Of a stretch of 64,000 nucleotides of DNA, positions 17,868-27,254 are shown in pieces. Source of the stretch: a bacterium HR10 (GTDB lineage Bacteria; Acidobacteriota; Blastocatellia; HR10). The stretch covers positions 1,000 through 64,999 of the forward strand of contig BEHM01000017.1 of the NCBI GenBank assembly GCA_002923315.1, given 5' to 3'. How positions within the stretch are numbered: position 1 is the first letter of the stretch; each line of letters begins with the position of its first letter. The notes under the pieces are model-generated. The model was not told the origin of the DNA and did no database searches. It worked only from the letters and a program-made list of their open reading frames with translations. The position numbers and the translations under genes were made by a program.

Positions 17868-20267
17868 TCAATACAGCAGATACCGCTGCCGGATCTGTCG
17901 AAATCGCTCCAGCTCAGCCTGCCACGCGCGCTCGATGGTCTCGGCATCGGCGCCACTTTTGAGCAACTCGAGCGTGCGGCGATGGGCGAGCAAGCGCCCG
18001 AACGCATCCACCTGCCAGGTTTCCGGATAGAGCCGATGCAAGACGACGGCGATCTCGATCCCCAGACGCACGGGGCGCACGGCCGCGCGTTCGGTGACGA
18101 CGATGGCCACTCCCCCGCATTCCTCTCCGGCGAACGGGCCCGCGCGGGGGGTGAAGCGGATGGGAACGAAGCGCACGCCGGGGATATCGCGCCGATTCAA
18201 CTCCTCGGCCACGCGCCGCCCGTCCATCCACGGCGCGCCGAACAGCTCGAAGGGCCGATCCGTCCCGCGCCCGACCGACACGTTGGTCGTCTCCAGAAGG
18301 GCGATCCCCGGATAGAGCATCGCCGCTGTCAAGCTCCGCATATTGGGCGACGGGTTCACCCACTCCTGATTCGTCTGATCGAACCAATACTCGCGCTTCC
18401 ATCCCTCCATCTTCACGACATGGAGATCGGCTCCGATCTTTCGCTCGGCGTTGAACAGCAGGGCCAGTTCGCCGATCGTCATCCCATGTCGGATGGGGAT
18501 CGGATGGTACGCCGTGAAGGAGAGGGCATCGGGATCGGCCACCGGCCCCTCCACGTCGCGTCCGGTGATCGGATTGGGACGGTCGAGCACAATGAAGTGG
18601 ATCCCCTGCGCGGCAGCCTCCTCCAGGGCATAGCCCATCGTCGTGATGTAGGTGTAGAACCGCGCCCCGATGTCTTGAATATCGAAGACGAGCGTATCCA
18701 GGCCGCGCAACATCTCGGCCGTCGGTCGCCGTCGCGGTCCGTAGAGGCTGTAGATGGGAAGTCCCGTCTTCTCATCCACGGCATCGCCGACGGGCCCGTC
18801 GGCTTGTCCGCGCAATCCATGCTCGGGACTGAAGAGGGCCACGAGCGTCACCTTCGGGGCGCGCGCGAGCAGATCAATGGTGCTCGTTCCATCGCGCGCA
18901 CGCCCCGTATGATTGGTGATCACTCCGACGCGCCGACCTTCGAGCAGCCGGAATCCATCGCGGCGCAAGACGTCAATGCCGTTGAGCACGGAGGCCGTCT
19001 CCACACGCGCCCGCGCTTGGGGACGCTCGAGGTGAGGTGAGATCGCCCAGGGAGAAGGCCATAGCTCCGGCAGGGGGGGTCGCAGGATCGCCGCGGCGAC
19101 GACCGAAGCCACGCGCCCGCGCAGCGACGTCACATCGCCACGACCGTCCGGATGCACGCGATTGCTCAGGAAGATGACGAAGGTCCGGCTCGCTGGATCA
19201 ATCCAGAGCGAGGTGCCCGTGAATCCCGTGTGCCCGAATGAACCGATCGGGAAGAGATCGCCGCGATTGGCGGAATATCCCGTATGGACATCCCAACCGA
19301 GGCCGCGCATCTCGCCCGGCGGCAGGTGGCGCACCTCGATCATGCGCCGCACGCTCAAGGGGCTGAGGATGCGCACCCCGCGAAATGTCCCCCCGTTGAG
19401 GAGCATCTGGCAGTAGATGGCCAGGTCGCGCGCCGTCGAGAAGAGACCGGCGTGACCGGCGACGCCGCCGAGCGCATACGCGCGCGGATCATGGACTTCG
19501 CCGATCATCCACCGCCCCTCGCGCCGCTCGGTCGGGGCGCAGCGCTCGCGCAGCGCTCCGGTGGGCGCGAACGTCGTCTCCGTCATGCCGAGCGGTCGGA
19601 AGATGTGCTCGCGGGCGAAGTCATCCAGGCGTTGCCCCGAGACTCGGCGCACGAGTTCCCCGAGCACGATATACCCGACATCGCTGTAGATGAAGCGCGT
19701 GCCCGGTTCGGCCACCGTCCCCAAGGCGTAGATCCGCTCCATGGCCTTCTCCGGTCCGTCCCGATAGTCGGCCAGATCGTTATCGGCGATGAGCCCCCCG
19801 CGATGCTGAAGCAATTGCTCGATCGTGATCCGCTCCTTCCCGTTCTGCGCGAATTCGGGGATATAACGGGCGACCGGATCCCCCAGGCGGATCTTTCCCC
19901 GCTCGACCAGGATCATCACCGAAGTCGCCGTCGCCACGACCTTCGTCAACGACGCGAGATCGAAGACGGTATCGCGCGTCATCGGCAGGCGCGTCGGCTC
20001 CAGGGCGCGATGTCCGAATGCCCGCCAATAGACGATGCGCCCTTGGCGTCCGACGAGGACGACGGCGCCGGGCAGCTCCCGACGCGCGATCGCCGCCTGA
20101 ACGATCGCATCAATATGCGCCAGATGTCGAGACGACATCCCGACCGCTTCCGGCGCGACGATAGGCAGCGGCGCCCCCCCTCGACGCGGCACCACCGCGG
20201 ACACACCGCCCGCACTGCTGATGCCGATGATCAGACTCAGCCCGATGCCTCGCGTCCACCCCCTCAT
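17868..20267 (-). CDS. Secreted fusion protein: beta-lactamase-fold serine hydrolase (AmiE/YbbE-like) plus DUF1343/NamZ-like exo-beta-N-acetylmuramidase
   Basis: Track ORF, 799 aa with a signal-like N-terminus. The N-half has S-x-x-K (ASLTK, nt 19941-19952), YSD and HTG motifs. The C-half (from about aa 410) has NGIDVL...VGVITNHTG...FSPEHG...DIQDIGARFYTY typical of DUF1343. Confidence 0.85.
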   Translation of the reverse strand: MRGWTRGIGLSLIIGISSAGGVSAVVPRRGGAPLPIVAPEAVGMSSRHLAHIDAIVQAAIARRELPGAVVLVGRQGRIVYWRAFGHRALEPTRLPMTRDTVFDLASLTKVVATATSVMILVERGKIRLGDPVARYIPEFAQNGKERITIEQLLQHRGGLIADNDLADYRDGPEKAMERIYALGTVAEPGTRFIYSDVGYIVLGELVRRVSGQRLDDFAREHIFRPLGMTETTFAPTGALRERCAPTERREGRWMIGEVHDPRAYALGGVAGHAGLFSTARDLAIYCQMLLNGGTFRGVRILSPLSVRRMIEVRHLPPGEMRGLGWDVHTGYSANRGDLFPIGSFGHTGFTGTSLWIDPASRTFVIFLSNRVHPDGRGDVTSLRGRVASVVAAAILRPPLPELWPSPWAISPHLERPQARARVETASVLNGIDVLRRDGFRLLEGRRVGVITNHTGRARDGTSTIDLLARAPKVTLVALFSPEHGLRGQADGPVGDAVDEKTGLPIYSLYGPRRRPTAEMLRGLDTLVFDIQDIGARFYTYITTMGYALEEAAAQGIHFIVLDRPNPITGRDVEGPVADPDALSFTAYHPIPIRHGMTIGELALLFNAERKIGADLHVVKMEGWKREYWFDQTNQEWVNPSPNMRSLTAAMLYPGIALLETTNVSVGRGTDRPFELFGAPWMDGRRVAEELNRRDIPGVRFVPIRFTPRAGPFAGEECGGVAIVVTERAAVRPVRLGIEIAVVLHRLYPETWQVDAFGRLLAHRRTLELLKSGADAETIERAWQAELERFRQIRQRYLLY

Positions 20268-20373
20268 GGTCCGCTCCTCCCGAGGATGTGCTGAAGGTCT
20301 CGAAGGCGGGAGGATACCGGATCGGCCTCACCGCGCGCAATGCGGCATCCGCTTCTCCTCAGGGGTCACGCGC

Positions 20374-21450
20374 ATGGAGCCTTTCTTGCCGTCCGCCAAA
20401 CGGTTTGATACCCTTCTGCCGATGGACGAAGCGCCGGTGGTCGTCGAAGTCACGCGCGGTGCTCTCGTGGAATCGCGCCATCGCGCGATGATCGTCGCCT
20501 GCGATCCGCGTGGGCGCGTGTGCTTCGCCCTGGGGAACCCTCGCTCGATGACGTACCTGCGGTCTGCGGCGAAGCCGATTCAGGCGCTGCCGCTTGTCAC
20601 CAGCGGCGCCGCGCGCTCCTTCGGGATCACGTCGAGAGAGTTGGCCATCATCTGCGGTTCCCACAGTGGTGAAGCCGTGCATACGGAGACGGTCGCGCGG
20701 CTTCTGCAGAAGATCGGCCTGCCGGAGACGGCACTTCGCTGTGGTCTCCATCCCCCGTTGGATACGGAGACGGCGCGCCGCGTGGGCCCCGAGGGCGTGA
20801 CGGTGTTGCACAACGCGTGCTCAGGCAAGCATGCGGGGATGCTCGCCCTGGCCCGCTTCCTCGGCGCCGATGCGGACACTTATCTCGATCCCGCGCACCC
20901 CGTTCAGCAACAGATCCTCGACGCGCTCGCCCATCTGAGCGATCTCCCGCTCTCGGCGATCGGCATCGGCGTGGATGGATGTGGCGCGCCCACGTTCGCG
21001 ATGCCGCTGGAGCGGATAGCCCTCGCCTATGCGCGATTGGTGAATCCCGATGGCCTGCAGGAGCCGCTTCGCGCCGCCATCATTGAAGTCACGCGCGCTA
21101 TGCGCGAGCATCCGGAGATGGTGGGGGGAACGCGCCGCCGTTTGGATACGGACCTCATTCGGGTGAGCGAGGGGCGAATCCTCGCGAAAGCGGGCGCTGA
21201 AGGAGTCCACGCGATGGGCATCTTCCCCACTGCGCGCTTCCCCGAAGGGCTCGGCATCGCCATGAAGATCGAAGACGGGGACGAACGACGCGCTCGCAAT
21301 CTCGTCGTCCTGGAGGTCCTGCGCCAGCTCGGGTTGCTCGATCGCCCCGCCCTTGATAAGCTTTCCGCCTATCACAGGCTGGAGGTGAAGAACCATCGGG
21401 GCATGGTGGTAGGACACATCCGACCGTGCTTTCGACTCGAGGGAACATGA
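20374..21450 (+). CDS. Class 3 L-asparaginase (Asparaginase_II, Rhizobium etli type)
   Basis: RSAAKPIQALP, CSGKHAGML, DGCGAPTFAMPL, HPEMVGG and KIEDG blocks. Track ORF 20221..21450 trimmed to ATG 20374 (ATG 20422 is also possible). Confidence 0.8.
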   Translation: MEPFLPSAKRFDTLLPMDEAPVVVEVTRGALVESRHRAMIVACDPRGRVCFALGNPRSMTYLRSAAKPIQALPLVTSGAARSFGITSRELAIICGSHSGEAVHTETVARLLQKIGLPETALRCGLHPPLDTETARRVGPEGVTVLHNACSGKHAGMLALARFLGADADTYLDPAHPVQQQILDALAHLSDLPLSAIGIGVDGCGAPTFAMPLERIALAYARLVNPDGLQEPLRAAIIEVTRAMREHPEMVGGTRRRLDTDLIRVSEGRILAKAGAEGVHAMGIFPTARFPEGLGIAMKIEDGDERRARNLVVLEVLRQLGLLDRPALDKLSAYHRLEVKNHRGMVVGHIRPCFRLEGT

Positions 21451-22580
21451 ACGACACCATTCGGCAGCTCTTCCCGATCACGGAGCGCTACATCTATATG
21501 AACCATGCCGCCGTCTCCCCCCTGCCGCGACCGGCGGTCGAAGCGATGACGCGTCACGCCGATACTGTCATGCGGCATGGGACGACGAAGCTCGCCGAAT
21601 GGTGGGAAGCCATCGAACACACGCGCCGGAAGGTGGCGCGCCTGGTGAATGCCCGCCCGGAGGAGATCGCGTTCGTGCGGAATACGTCCGATGGGCTCTC
21701 GCTCATCGCCAACGGGCTGCGATGGCGAGAGGGGGATAACGTCGTCACGGCCGGATGCGAGTTCCCGGCCAATGTCTACCCCTGGATGCGCCTGCGGGCG
21801 CAGGGCGTTCACCTCCGCATGGCTCCCGAGCGCGAAGGGCGCATCGAGATCGAGGACCTGCTCGCGCTCGTGGACCGGCGCACGCGCGTGCTGGCCATCA
21901 GCTTCGTCCAATTCGCCAGCGGATTCCGTATGGACCTGGAGCGGCTGGGCGAATTCTGCCGGAAGCGCGGCATCCTCCTGGTCGTGGATGCCATTCAAGG
22001 CCTGGGCGCCCTCTCGTTCGATGTCGAGCGCTTCCATGTGGATGCGTTCGCCGCCGATGGCCACAAATGGTTGCTGGGGCCGGAAGGGACCGGCGTCCTC
22101 TATATCTCCTCCCGCGCGCTGGATCATCTGGAGCCGACGCTCGTCGGCTGGATGTCGGTGCGAAATTGGAAGGACTCGATCGCCGCTGAGGAGCTGACCT
22201 ATGATCTCATCTATCGCGAGGGCGCGCTCCGCTTCGAGTCGGGGACGCTCAATGTCTGCGGCCTCTGCGGCCTCGGCGCCTCGGTGGAACTGTTGCTCCA
22301 GGTGGGCGTCTCGACGATCGAGGAGCACCTGGCCGCGCTCGGGCGAGAATTGTGCGACCGGCTGCAGGCGAAAGGGTATCACGTGATCAGCTCGCGGCGT
22401 CCCGGTGAGACCTCGGGCATCTTCTGCTTCACGCACCCGCATTATCCGGCGCATGCGCTGGTCGAGCGGCTCCAGGAGCAGAGGATCATCGTCTCGGCGC
22501 GCCTGGGACGCTTGCGCATCTCCCCACATCTCTACAACACGTGGGAGGAGGTCGTCGAAGTCGCGGCGCACTTGCCATGA
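21447..22580 (+). CDS. Class V PLP-dependent aminotransferase / cysteine-desulfurase-like enzyme
   Basis: YMNHAAVSPLP N-terminus and PLP-lysine region DAFAADGHKWLLGPEGTGVLY. ATG 21447 overlaps the asparaginase stop (ATGA). Confidence 0.85.
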   Translation: MNDTIRQLFPITERYIYMNHAAVSPLPRPAVEAMTRHADTVMRHGTTKLAEWWEAIEHTRRKVARLVNARPEEIAFVRNTSDGLSLIANGLRWREGDNVVTAGCEFPANVYPWMRLRAQGVHLRMAPEREGRIEIEDLLALVDRRTRVLAISFVQFASGFRMDLERLGEFCRKRGILLVVDAIQGLGALSFDVERFHVDAFAADGHKWLLGPEGTGVLYISSRALDHLEPTLVGWMSVRNWKDSIAAEELTYDLIYREGALRFESGTLNVCGLCGLGASVELLLQVGVSTIEEHLAALGRELCDRLQAKGYHVISSRRPGETSGIFCFTHPHYPAHALVERLQEQRIIVSARLGRLRISPHLYNTWEEVVEVAAHLP

Positions 22581-24478
22581 GCACTGCCGTCGTACGTCCT
22601 GAAGCATCCTCACGTCGGCGATCCGGGGGGGCCACGACGACTCCCGCGCCGGGCTCGCGCCGATGGGAGGAATTCCGCCGACTCCTCGGCTACGTGCGCC
22701 CCTACTGGGGGGCCTTCCTCCTGGCGCTCATCTTGATGAACGTCGTCGCCGTACTGGAAGGCGCCCTGCGCAGCCTGCTGGTCCCGATCTCCGATGGCCT
22801 GCTGGCCTCCAGCGGCGTCGTCGCCTCGGCCCCGCGCGCCAAGAATCTCCTGGACTTTCATCGCTATCTCCCGCTGGAGGACGAGCGGAGCTGGTACCTG
22901 TTGGCCGCCCTGATGATCCTGATCACGATCGGGAAGGGAGCGGCCGAATTCTTCTCCAACTACCTCATGGCGCGCATCGGGCAACGCGCCGTCTTTGATC
23001 TCCGCTGCGCGCTCTACGATCATCTGCTCCGACAATCGGCCCCTTTCTTCTCCCGCTATTCGACGAACGCGCTCGCGTCGCATCTGGTCAACGATGTCGA
23101 GAAGATCGAGATGGCCGTCTCGCGCACGCTCACGGACGCGCTGCGCGAATCCTTCACGCTCATCGTCTTCCTGGTCATCGTCTTCAAGCTGAACTGGAGG
23201 CTGGCGCTGCTGGCGCTGGGGCTGGGACCGCTCGTCTACCAGGCGACGGTCTATTTCGGTCGCCATCTGCGACGAACGGGGCGGCGCGTGCAGGAGGGAT
23301 ATGAGCAGATCTTGAACGTCGCGCAGGAGACGCTCTCGGGCAACCTGGTGGTGAAGGCCTTTGGGACGGAGGCCTGGGAATCCGAACGGTTTCGCCGCGC
23401 CGCGCACGCCGTCATGCGCTCGGTCCTGAAGGCGGCGCGCACGGCCGCGCTCTCGCCGCCGATCATCGAGCTGATCGGGATCATCGCGGCCTCCGGCTTC
23501 ATCCTCTACGCCCAGCGCATCATCGCCCGGCGCGAGATGACGCCCGGGGAATTCTTCGTCTTCCTCTTCTTCCTCTTCAGCCTCTACGATCCGGTGCGCA
23601 AGCTCAGCCGCATTCAGAACGCGATGCAGCATGCGCTGGCCGCCTGCCAGCGGGTCTTCACGCTGCTCGATACGCACACGGAGCTGGTGGATCGGCCGCA
23701 GGCCGTCGCGCTCACGACCTTCCGCGAGAAGATCGAATTCCGCAACGTCTCCTTCCGCTATCCCGACGCGGAGGAGTACGTCCTGCGAAACGTGAATCTC
23801 ACGATTCGCGCCGGCGAGATGGTCGCCATCGTCGGAATGAGCGGTGTCGGGAAGACGACGCTCGTGAAGCTACTGCCGCGCTTCTATGACGTCACCGAGG
23901 GGGCCATCCTCATTGATGGGGTGGACATCCGCGATGTGCGTTTGGATTCACTGCGGCGCCTGATCGCCGTCGTCACGCAAGAGGTCATCCTCTTCAACGA
24001 CACCGTGCGCCACAATATCGCCTACGGCCGACCGCAGGCGACGCCGGAGGAGATCGAGCGAGCCGCGCGCGCGGCACTCGCGCACGAATTCATCCGGGAG
24101 CTGCCCCGACAGTACGAGACGGTGATCGGCGAGCGGGGGATTCGCCTCTCCGGTGGCGAACGCCAGCGAATCGCCATCGCGCGAGCCATCCTCAAGGATG
24201 CCCCCATCTTGATCCTGGACGAAGCGACCTCGGCGCTCGATGCGGAATCCGAGCACGGCGTGCAGCAGGCGTTGCTCAACCTGATGGCCGGACGGACGGT
24301 CATCGTCATCGCGCATCGGCTCTCGACCGTCCGTCGTGCGGATCGCATCGTGGTCCTGGACGGCGGGATGATCGTCGAAGAGGGGACGCACGCCGAGCTG
24401 TTGCGTCGAGGGGGCGTGTACAGTCGCCTCTACGAACGGCAATTCGCCGATCAGATGTCCGCGGTCCTCTCCGAATGA
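22577..24478 (+). CDS. ABC exporter, fused permease/ATPase (MsbA-like)
   Basis: Six-TM domain followed by Walker A GMSGVGKTT, signature LSGGERQRIAIARA and Walker B ILILDEATSALD. ATG 22577 overlaps the upstream stop (ATGA). Confidence 0.85.
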   Translation: MSTAVVRPEASSRRRSGGATTTPAPGSRRWEEFRRLLGYVRPYWGAFLLALILMNVVAVLEGALRSLLVPISDGLLASSGVVASAPRAKNLLDFHRYLPLEDERSWYLLAALMILITIGKGAAEFFSNYLMARIGQRAVFDLRCALYDHLLRQSAPFFSRYSTNALASHLVNDVEKIEMAVSRTLTDALRESFTLIVFLVIVFKLNWRLALLALGLGPLVYQATVYFGRHLRRTGRRVQEGYEQILNVAQETLSGNLVVKAFGTEAWESERFRRAAHAVMRSVLKAARTAALSPPIIELIGIIAASGFILYAQRIIARREMTPGEFFVFLFFLFSLYDPVRKLSRIQNAMQHALAACQRVFTLLDTHTELVDRPQAVALTTFREKIEFRNVSFRYPDAEEYVLRNVNLTIRAGEMVAIVGMSGVGKTTLVKLLPRFYDVTEGAILIDGVDIRDVRLDSLRRLIAVVTQEVILFNDTVRHNIAYGRPQATPEEIERAARAALAHEFIRELPRQYETVIGERGIRLSGGERQRIAIARAILKDAPILILDEATSALDAESEHGVQQALLNLMAGRTVIVIAHRLSTVRRADRIVVLDGGMIVEEGTHAELLRRGGVYSRLYERQFADQMSAVLSE

Positions 24479-24485
24479 GGGCGCT

Positions 24486-25364
24486 ATGGTGCGCAGCATG
24501 ACCGGTTACGGCAGCGCCGCCTATGAGGGCGAGGAGTTCTCGCTGCGGGCGAGCGTCTCCAGCGTGAACCACCGGTTCCTGGAGATCCACGTGCGCCTCC
24601 CTGAGGCGCTCGGCGCCTGGGAGCCCATCGTGCGGCGGAAGATCCAGGAGCGCTTCGAGCGCGGGCGCATCGTCTTCGCGCTCGATTTCATTCCGATGAC
24701 CCCCACCTGGCTCACCTATGAGCTGAATCGTCCGCTAGTGATGGCCTACGTGACGGCACTGCGCCAGCTTCGAGAGGAGTTCGGCGTCTCGGGAGAGGTG
24801 GACGTGAACGCGCTCCTGCAGGTGCGCGATCTGGTGCAACCGCGCCCGCTCGCGGAGATCCCGCCCGCACTGGCCGAGAAGCTCGAGGAAGTCACCGAGA
24901 GCGCCCTGCGCGCGCTCGCCGAGATGCGCGCGACCGAGGGCGCGCACCTTCGCGACGATCTGCTCGGGCGGTTGGAGCGCATCGCCGACCACCTGCGCGC
25001 CATCGAGCAGGAAGCCGCGGCCCTCCCGGAGCTGTACCGGCAGAAGCTCCTGGAGCGCGCCAGTGAATGGATGCGCGAGTTGCCCCTGGATTCTGCGCGC
25101 CTCGCGCAAGAGGTCCTCTATTTCGTGAATCGCGCCGACATCAGCGAGGAGATCACGCGGCTGCGCGGCCATCTCACGCAGTGCCGCGCGCTGCTGGACG
25201 CGCGCGAGGCCGTGGGCAAACGCCTCGACTTCCTCTTCCAGGAGATGCAGCGGGAGATCAACACGATCTTGGCGAAAGCGGGGAATCTGGCGCTCGCGAC
25301 GGAAGCGCTCGCCATCAAAGCCGAGATCGAGAAACTGCGGGAGCAGGTGCATAATGTCGAGTAA
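24486..25364 (+). CDS. yicC: YicC/YloC-family protein
   Basis: Track ORF, 292 aa. MVRSMTGYGSA N-terminus and C-terminal DISEEITRLRGHL...GKRLDFLFQEMQREINT. Confidence 0.85.
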   Translation: MVRSMTGYGSAAYEGEEFSLRASVSSVNHRFLEIHVRLPEALGAWEPIVRRKIQERFERGRIVFALDFIPMTPTWLTYELNRPLVMAYVTALRQLREEFGVSGEVDVNALLQVRDLVQPRPLAEIPPALAEKLEEVTESALRALAEMRATEGAHLRDDLLGRLERIADHLRAIEQEAAALPELYRQKLLERASEWMRELPLDSARLAQEVLYFVNRADISEEITRLRGHLTQCRALLDAREAVGKRLDFLFQEMQREINTILAKAGNLALATEALAIKAEIEKLREQVHNVE

Positions 25365-26007
25365 GCGCGGCCTGCTCTTCATCGTCTCGGGCCCCTCGGG
25401 CGTGGGGAAATCCACGCTCGTCTCGCGCGTGATCGCGCGCGTGCCCGATCTCGTCTACTCGGTGTCCTATACGACGCGCCCGCAGCGTCCGACGGAGATC
25501 GAGGGGCGCGATTACCACTTCGTGTCGCGTCGCGAATTCGAACGCATGCGCGAGGCTGGGGAACTGATCGAATGGGCGGAGGTCTACGGACATCTCTACG
25601 GGCGCTCGCACGCGGCGTTGGAGCGAGAGTTGGCTGCTGGGCGCGATGTGATCCTGAGCATTGACGTGCAGGGGGCCGCCGCCTTTCGACGATTGCCGCT
25701 GGAGCTGGTGAGCATCTTCGTCCTCCCCCCCTCGTTCGAGGTCCTGGCCGAGCGGCTGCGCGCGCGGGCGACCGAACTCTCGCGGAGCCTGGAGCAGCGC
25801 CTGGCCATCGCCCGCGAGGAGGTCCAGCACTATCGCGACTTCGATTACGTGATCATCAACGATCGGCTGGAGGAAGCGCTCGCGCTGCTAGAAGCGATCA
25901 TCCTGGCCGAGCGCCATCGCCGACATCGCCGTGAAGAAGAGGTTCATGCCATCCTGCGCACATTCGCCTCGAGGGCCGAGGCGCGAGATCGCACGGAGTC
26001 GGTATGA
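25354..26007 (+). CDS. gmk: Guanylate kinase
   Basis: Track ORF, 217 aa. P-loop SGPSGVGKST, TTRPQRPTEIEGRDYHFV. Overlaps yicC by 11 nt. Confidence 0.9.
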   Translation: MSSKRGLLFIVSGPSGVGKSTLVSRVIARVPDLVYSVSYTTRPQRPTEIEGRDYHFVSRREFERMREAGELIEWAEVYGHLYGRSHAALERELAAGRDVILSIDVQGAAAFRRLPLELVSIFVLPPSFEVLAERLRARATELSRSLEQRLAIAREEVQHYRDFDYVIINDRLEEALALLEAIILAERHRRHRREEEVHAILRTFASRAEARDRTESV

Positions 26008-27254
26008 GCGAACGTCCGTATCATGTCGTCCTCGGCATCACCGGCGGGATCGCGGCGTACAAGGCGCCGGAGATCCTGCGGCAACTGCAGCAACGGGGCG
26101 CTGAGGTGCGCGCCGTCCTGACGCGGGCGGCGACCCGCTTCATCGGGCGCGTGACGCTGGAGGCACTCTCGCGCCATCCGGTCGTCGTCGAGATGTTCGA
26201 GCCGAACGTGAACGTCGCTGTTCGACACGTGGAGATGGCGCGCTGGGCGGATTTGCTCTTGGTCGCCCCGGCAACAGCACACACCTTGGCGCGCTTCGCA
26301 CATGGACTGGCCGATGACTTCCTCACGACGCTCTACCTCTCGGCGCGCTGTCCGGTGCTCGTCGCCCCAGCCATGGACGCCGAGATGTGGGAGAACGCAG
26401 CGACGCAGGAGAACCTCGCGCGCCTGCGGGAGCGCGGCGTCGCCGTCATCCCCCCTGAGCGGGGGTATCTCGCCTCGGGGATCGAGGGCGAGGGTCGCCT
26501 GGCCGATCCCGAACAGATCGTCGCGCGCGCCCTGGTGATCCTGGCCGCGCGGCCGTACGCTCGTGACCTGGAGGGAGAGCACATCCTCATCACCGCCGGC
26601 CCGACCTGCGAGGACCTCGATCCGATCCGCTATCTGACCAACCGCTCCACGGGCAAAATGGGCTACGCCCTCGCTCACGCGGCGCTGGCGCGCGGCGCGC
26701 AGGTGACGCTCATCAGCGGTCCCACGACGCTCGCCCCCCCTCCCGATGCCCAGGTGATCCTCGTGCGCCGCGCCGAGGAGATGTATCGCGCCGTCCTCGC
26801 GCACATGGAGGCGGCCACGGTCATCATCAAGGCGGCCGCTGTCGCCGATTATCGCCCCAAGGCGTTCTCTCCCACGAAGCTCAAGAAGACCGGCGCCGAT
26901 CTCACACTCGCGCTCGAACGCACGCCCGATATCCTGGCCGAAGTGGGGCGTCGCAAGGGGTCGCGCCTGCTCGTCGGATTCGCCGCGGAGACCGAAGCCC
27001 ATCTCGAACACGGGCGACAGAAGCTCCTCCAGAAGAACCTGGATCTCATCTTCATCAACGATGCCGCGAGCGCGGAGACGGGATTCGCAGCCGACGAGAA
27101 TGCCGGCTTCCTCCTGGATCGCGAGGGCGACGTCGTGGAGTTGCCGAGGATGTCCAAGTACGAGCTGGCCATGCGTCTGCTCGATCGCGTGCGCGAACGT
27201 CTCGCCCGACGCCGCGGGGACGCCCATCGCGAGCGCGCGGAGGAACGGGGATGA
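26004..27254 (+). CDS. coaBC: Bifunctional phosphopantothenoylcysteine decarboxylase / phosphopantothenate-cysteine ligase
   Basis: Track ORF, 416 aa. Flavoprotein N-domain GITGGIAAYKAPEILRQL and DFP C-domain ITAGPTCEDLDPIRYLTNRSTGKMG. ATGA overlap with gmk. Confidence 0.9.
   Translation: MSERPYHVVLGITGGIAAYKAPEILRQLQQRGAEVRAVLTRAATRFIGRVTLEALSRHPVVVEMFEPNVNVAVRHVEMARWADLLLVAPATAHTLARFAHGLADDFLTTLYLSARCPVLVAPAMDAEMWENAATQENLARLRERGVAVIPPERGYLASGIEGEGRLADPEQIVARALVILAARPYARDLEGEHILITAGPTCEDLDPIRYLTNRSTGKMGYALAHAALARGAQVTLISGPTTLAPPPDAQVILVRRAEEMYRAVLAHMEAATVIIKAAAVADYRPKAFSPTKLKKTGADLTLALERTPDILAEVGRRKGSRLLVGFAAETEAHLEHGRQKLLQKNLDLIFINDAASAETGFAADENAGFLLDREGDVVELPRMSKYELAMRLLDRVRERLARRRGDAHRERAEERG

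Noticed and set aside
25900-26010. Looked for an rpoZ (omega subunit) gene between gmk and coaBC
   Set aside because: There is no room, because the gmk stop overlaps the coaBC start. The gmk C-terminal tail looks like a normal guanylate-kinase end rather than a fused omega subunit.
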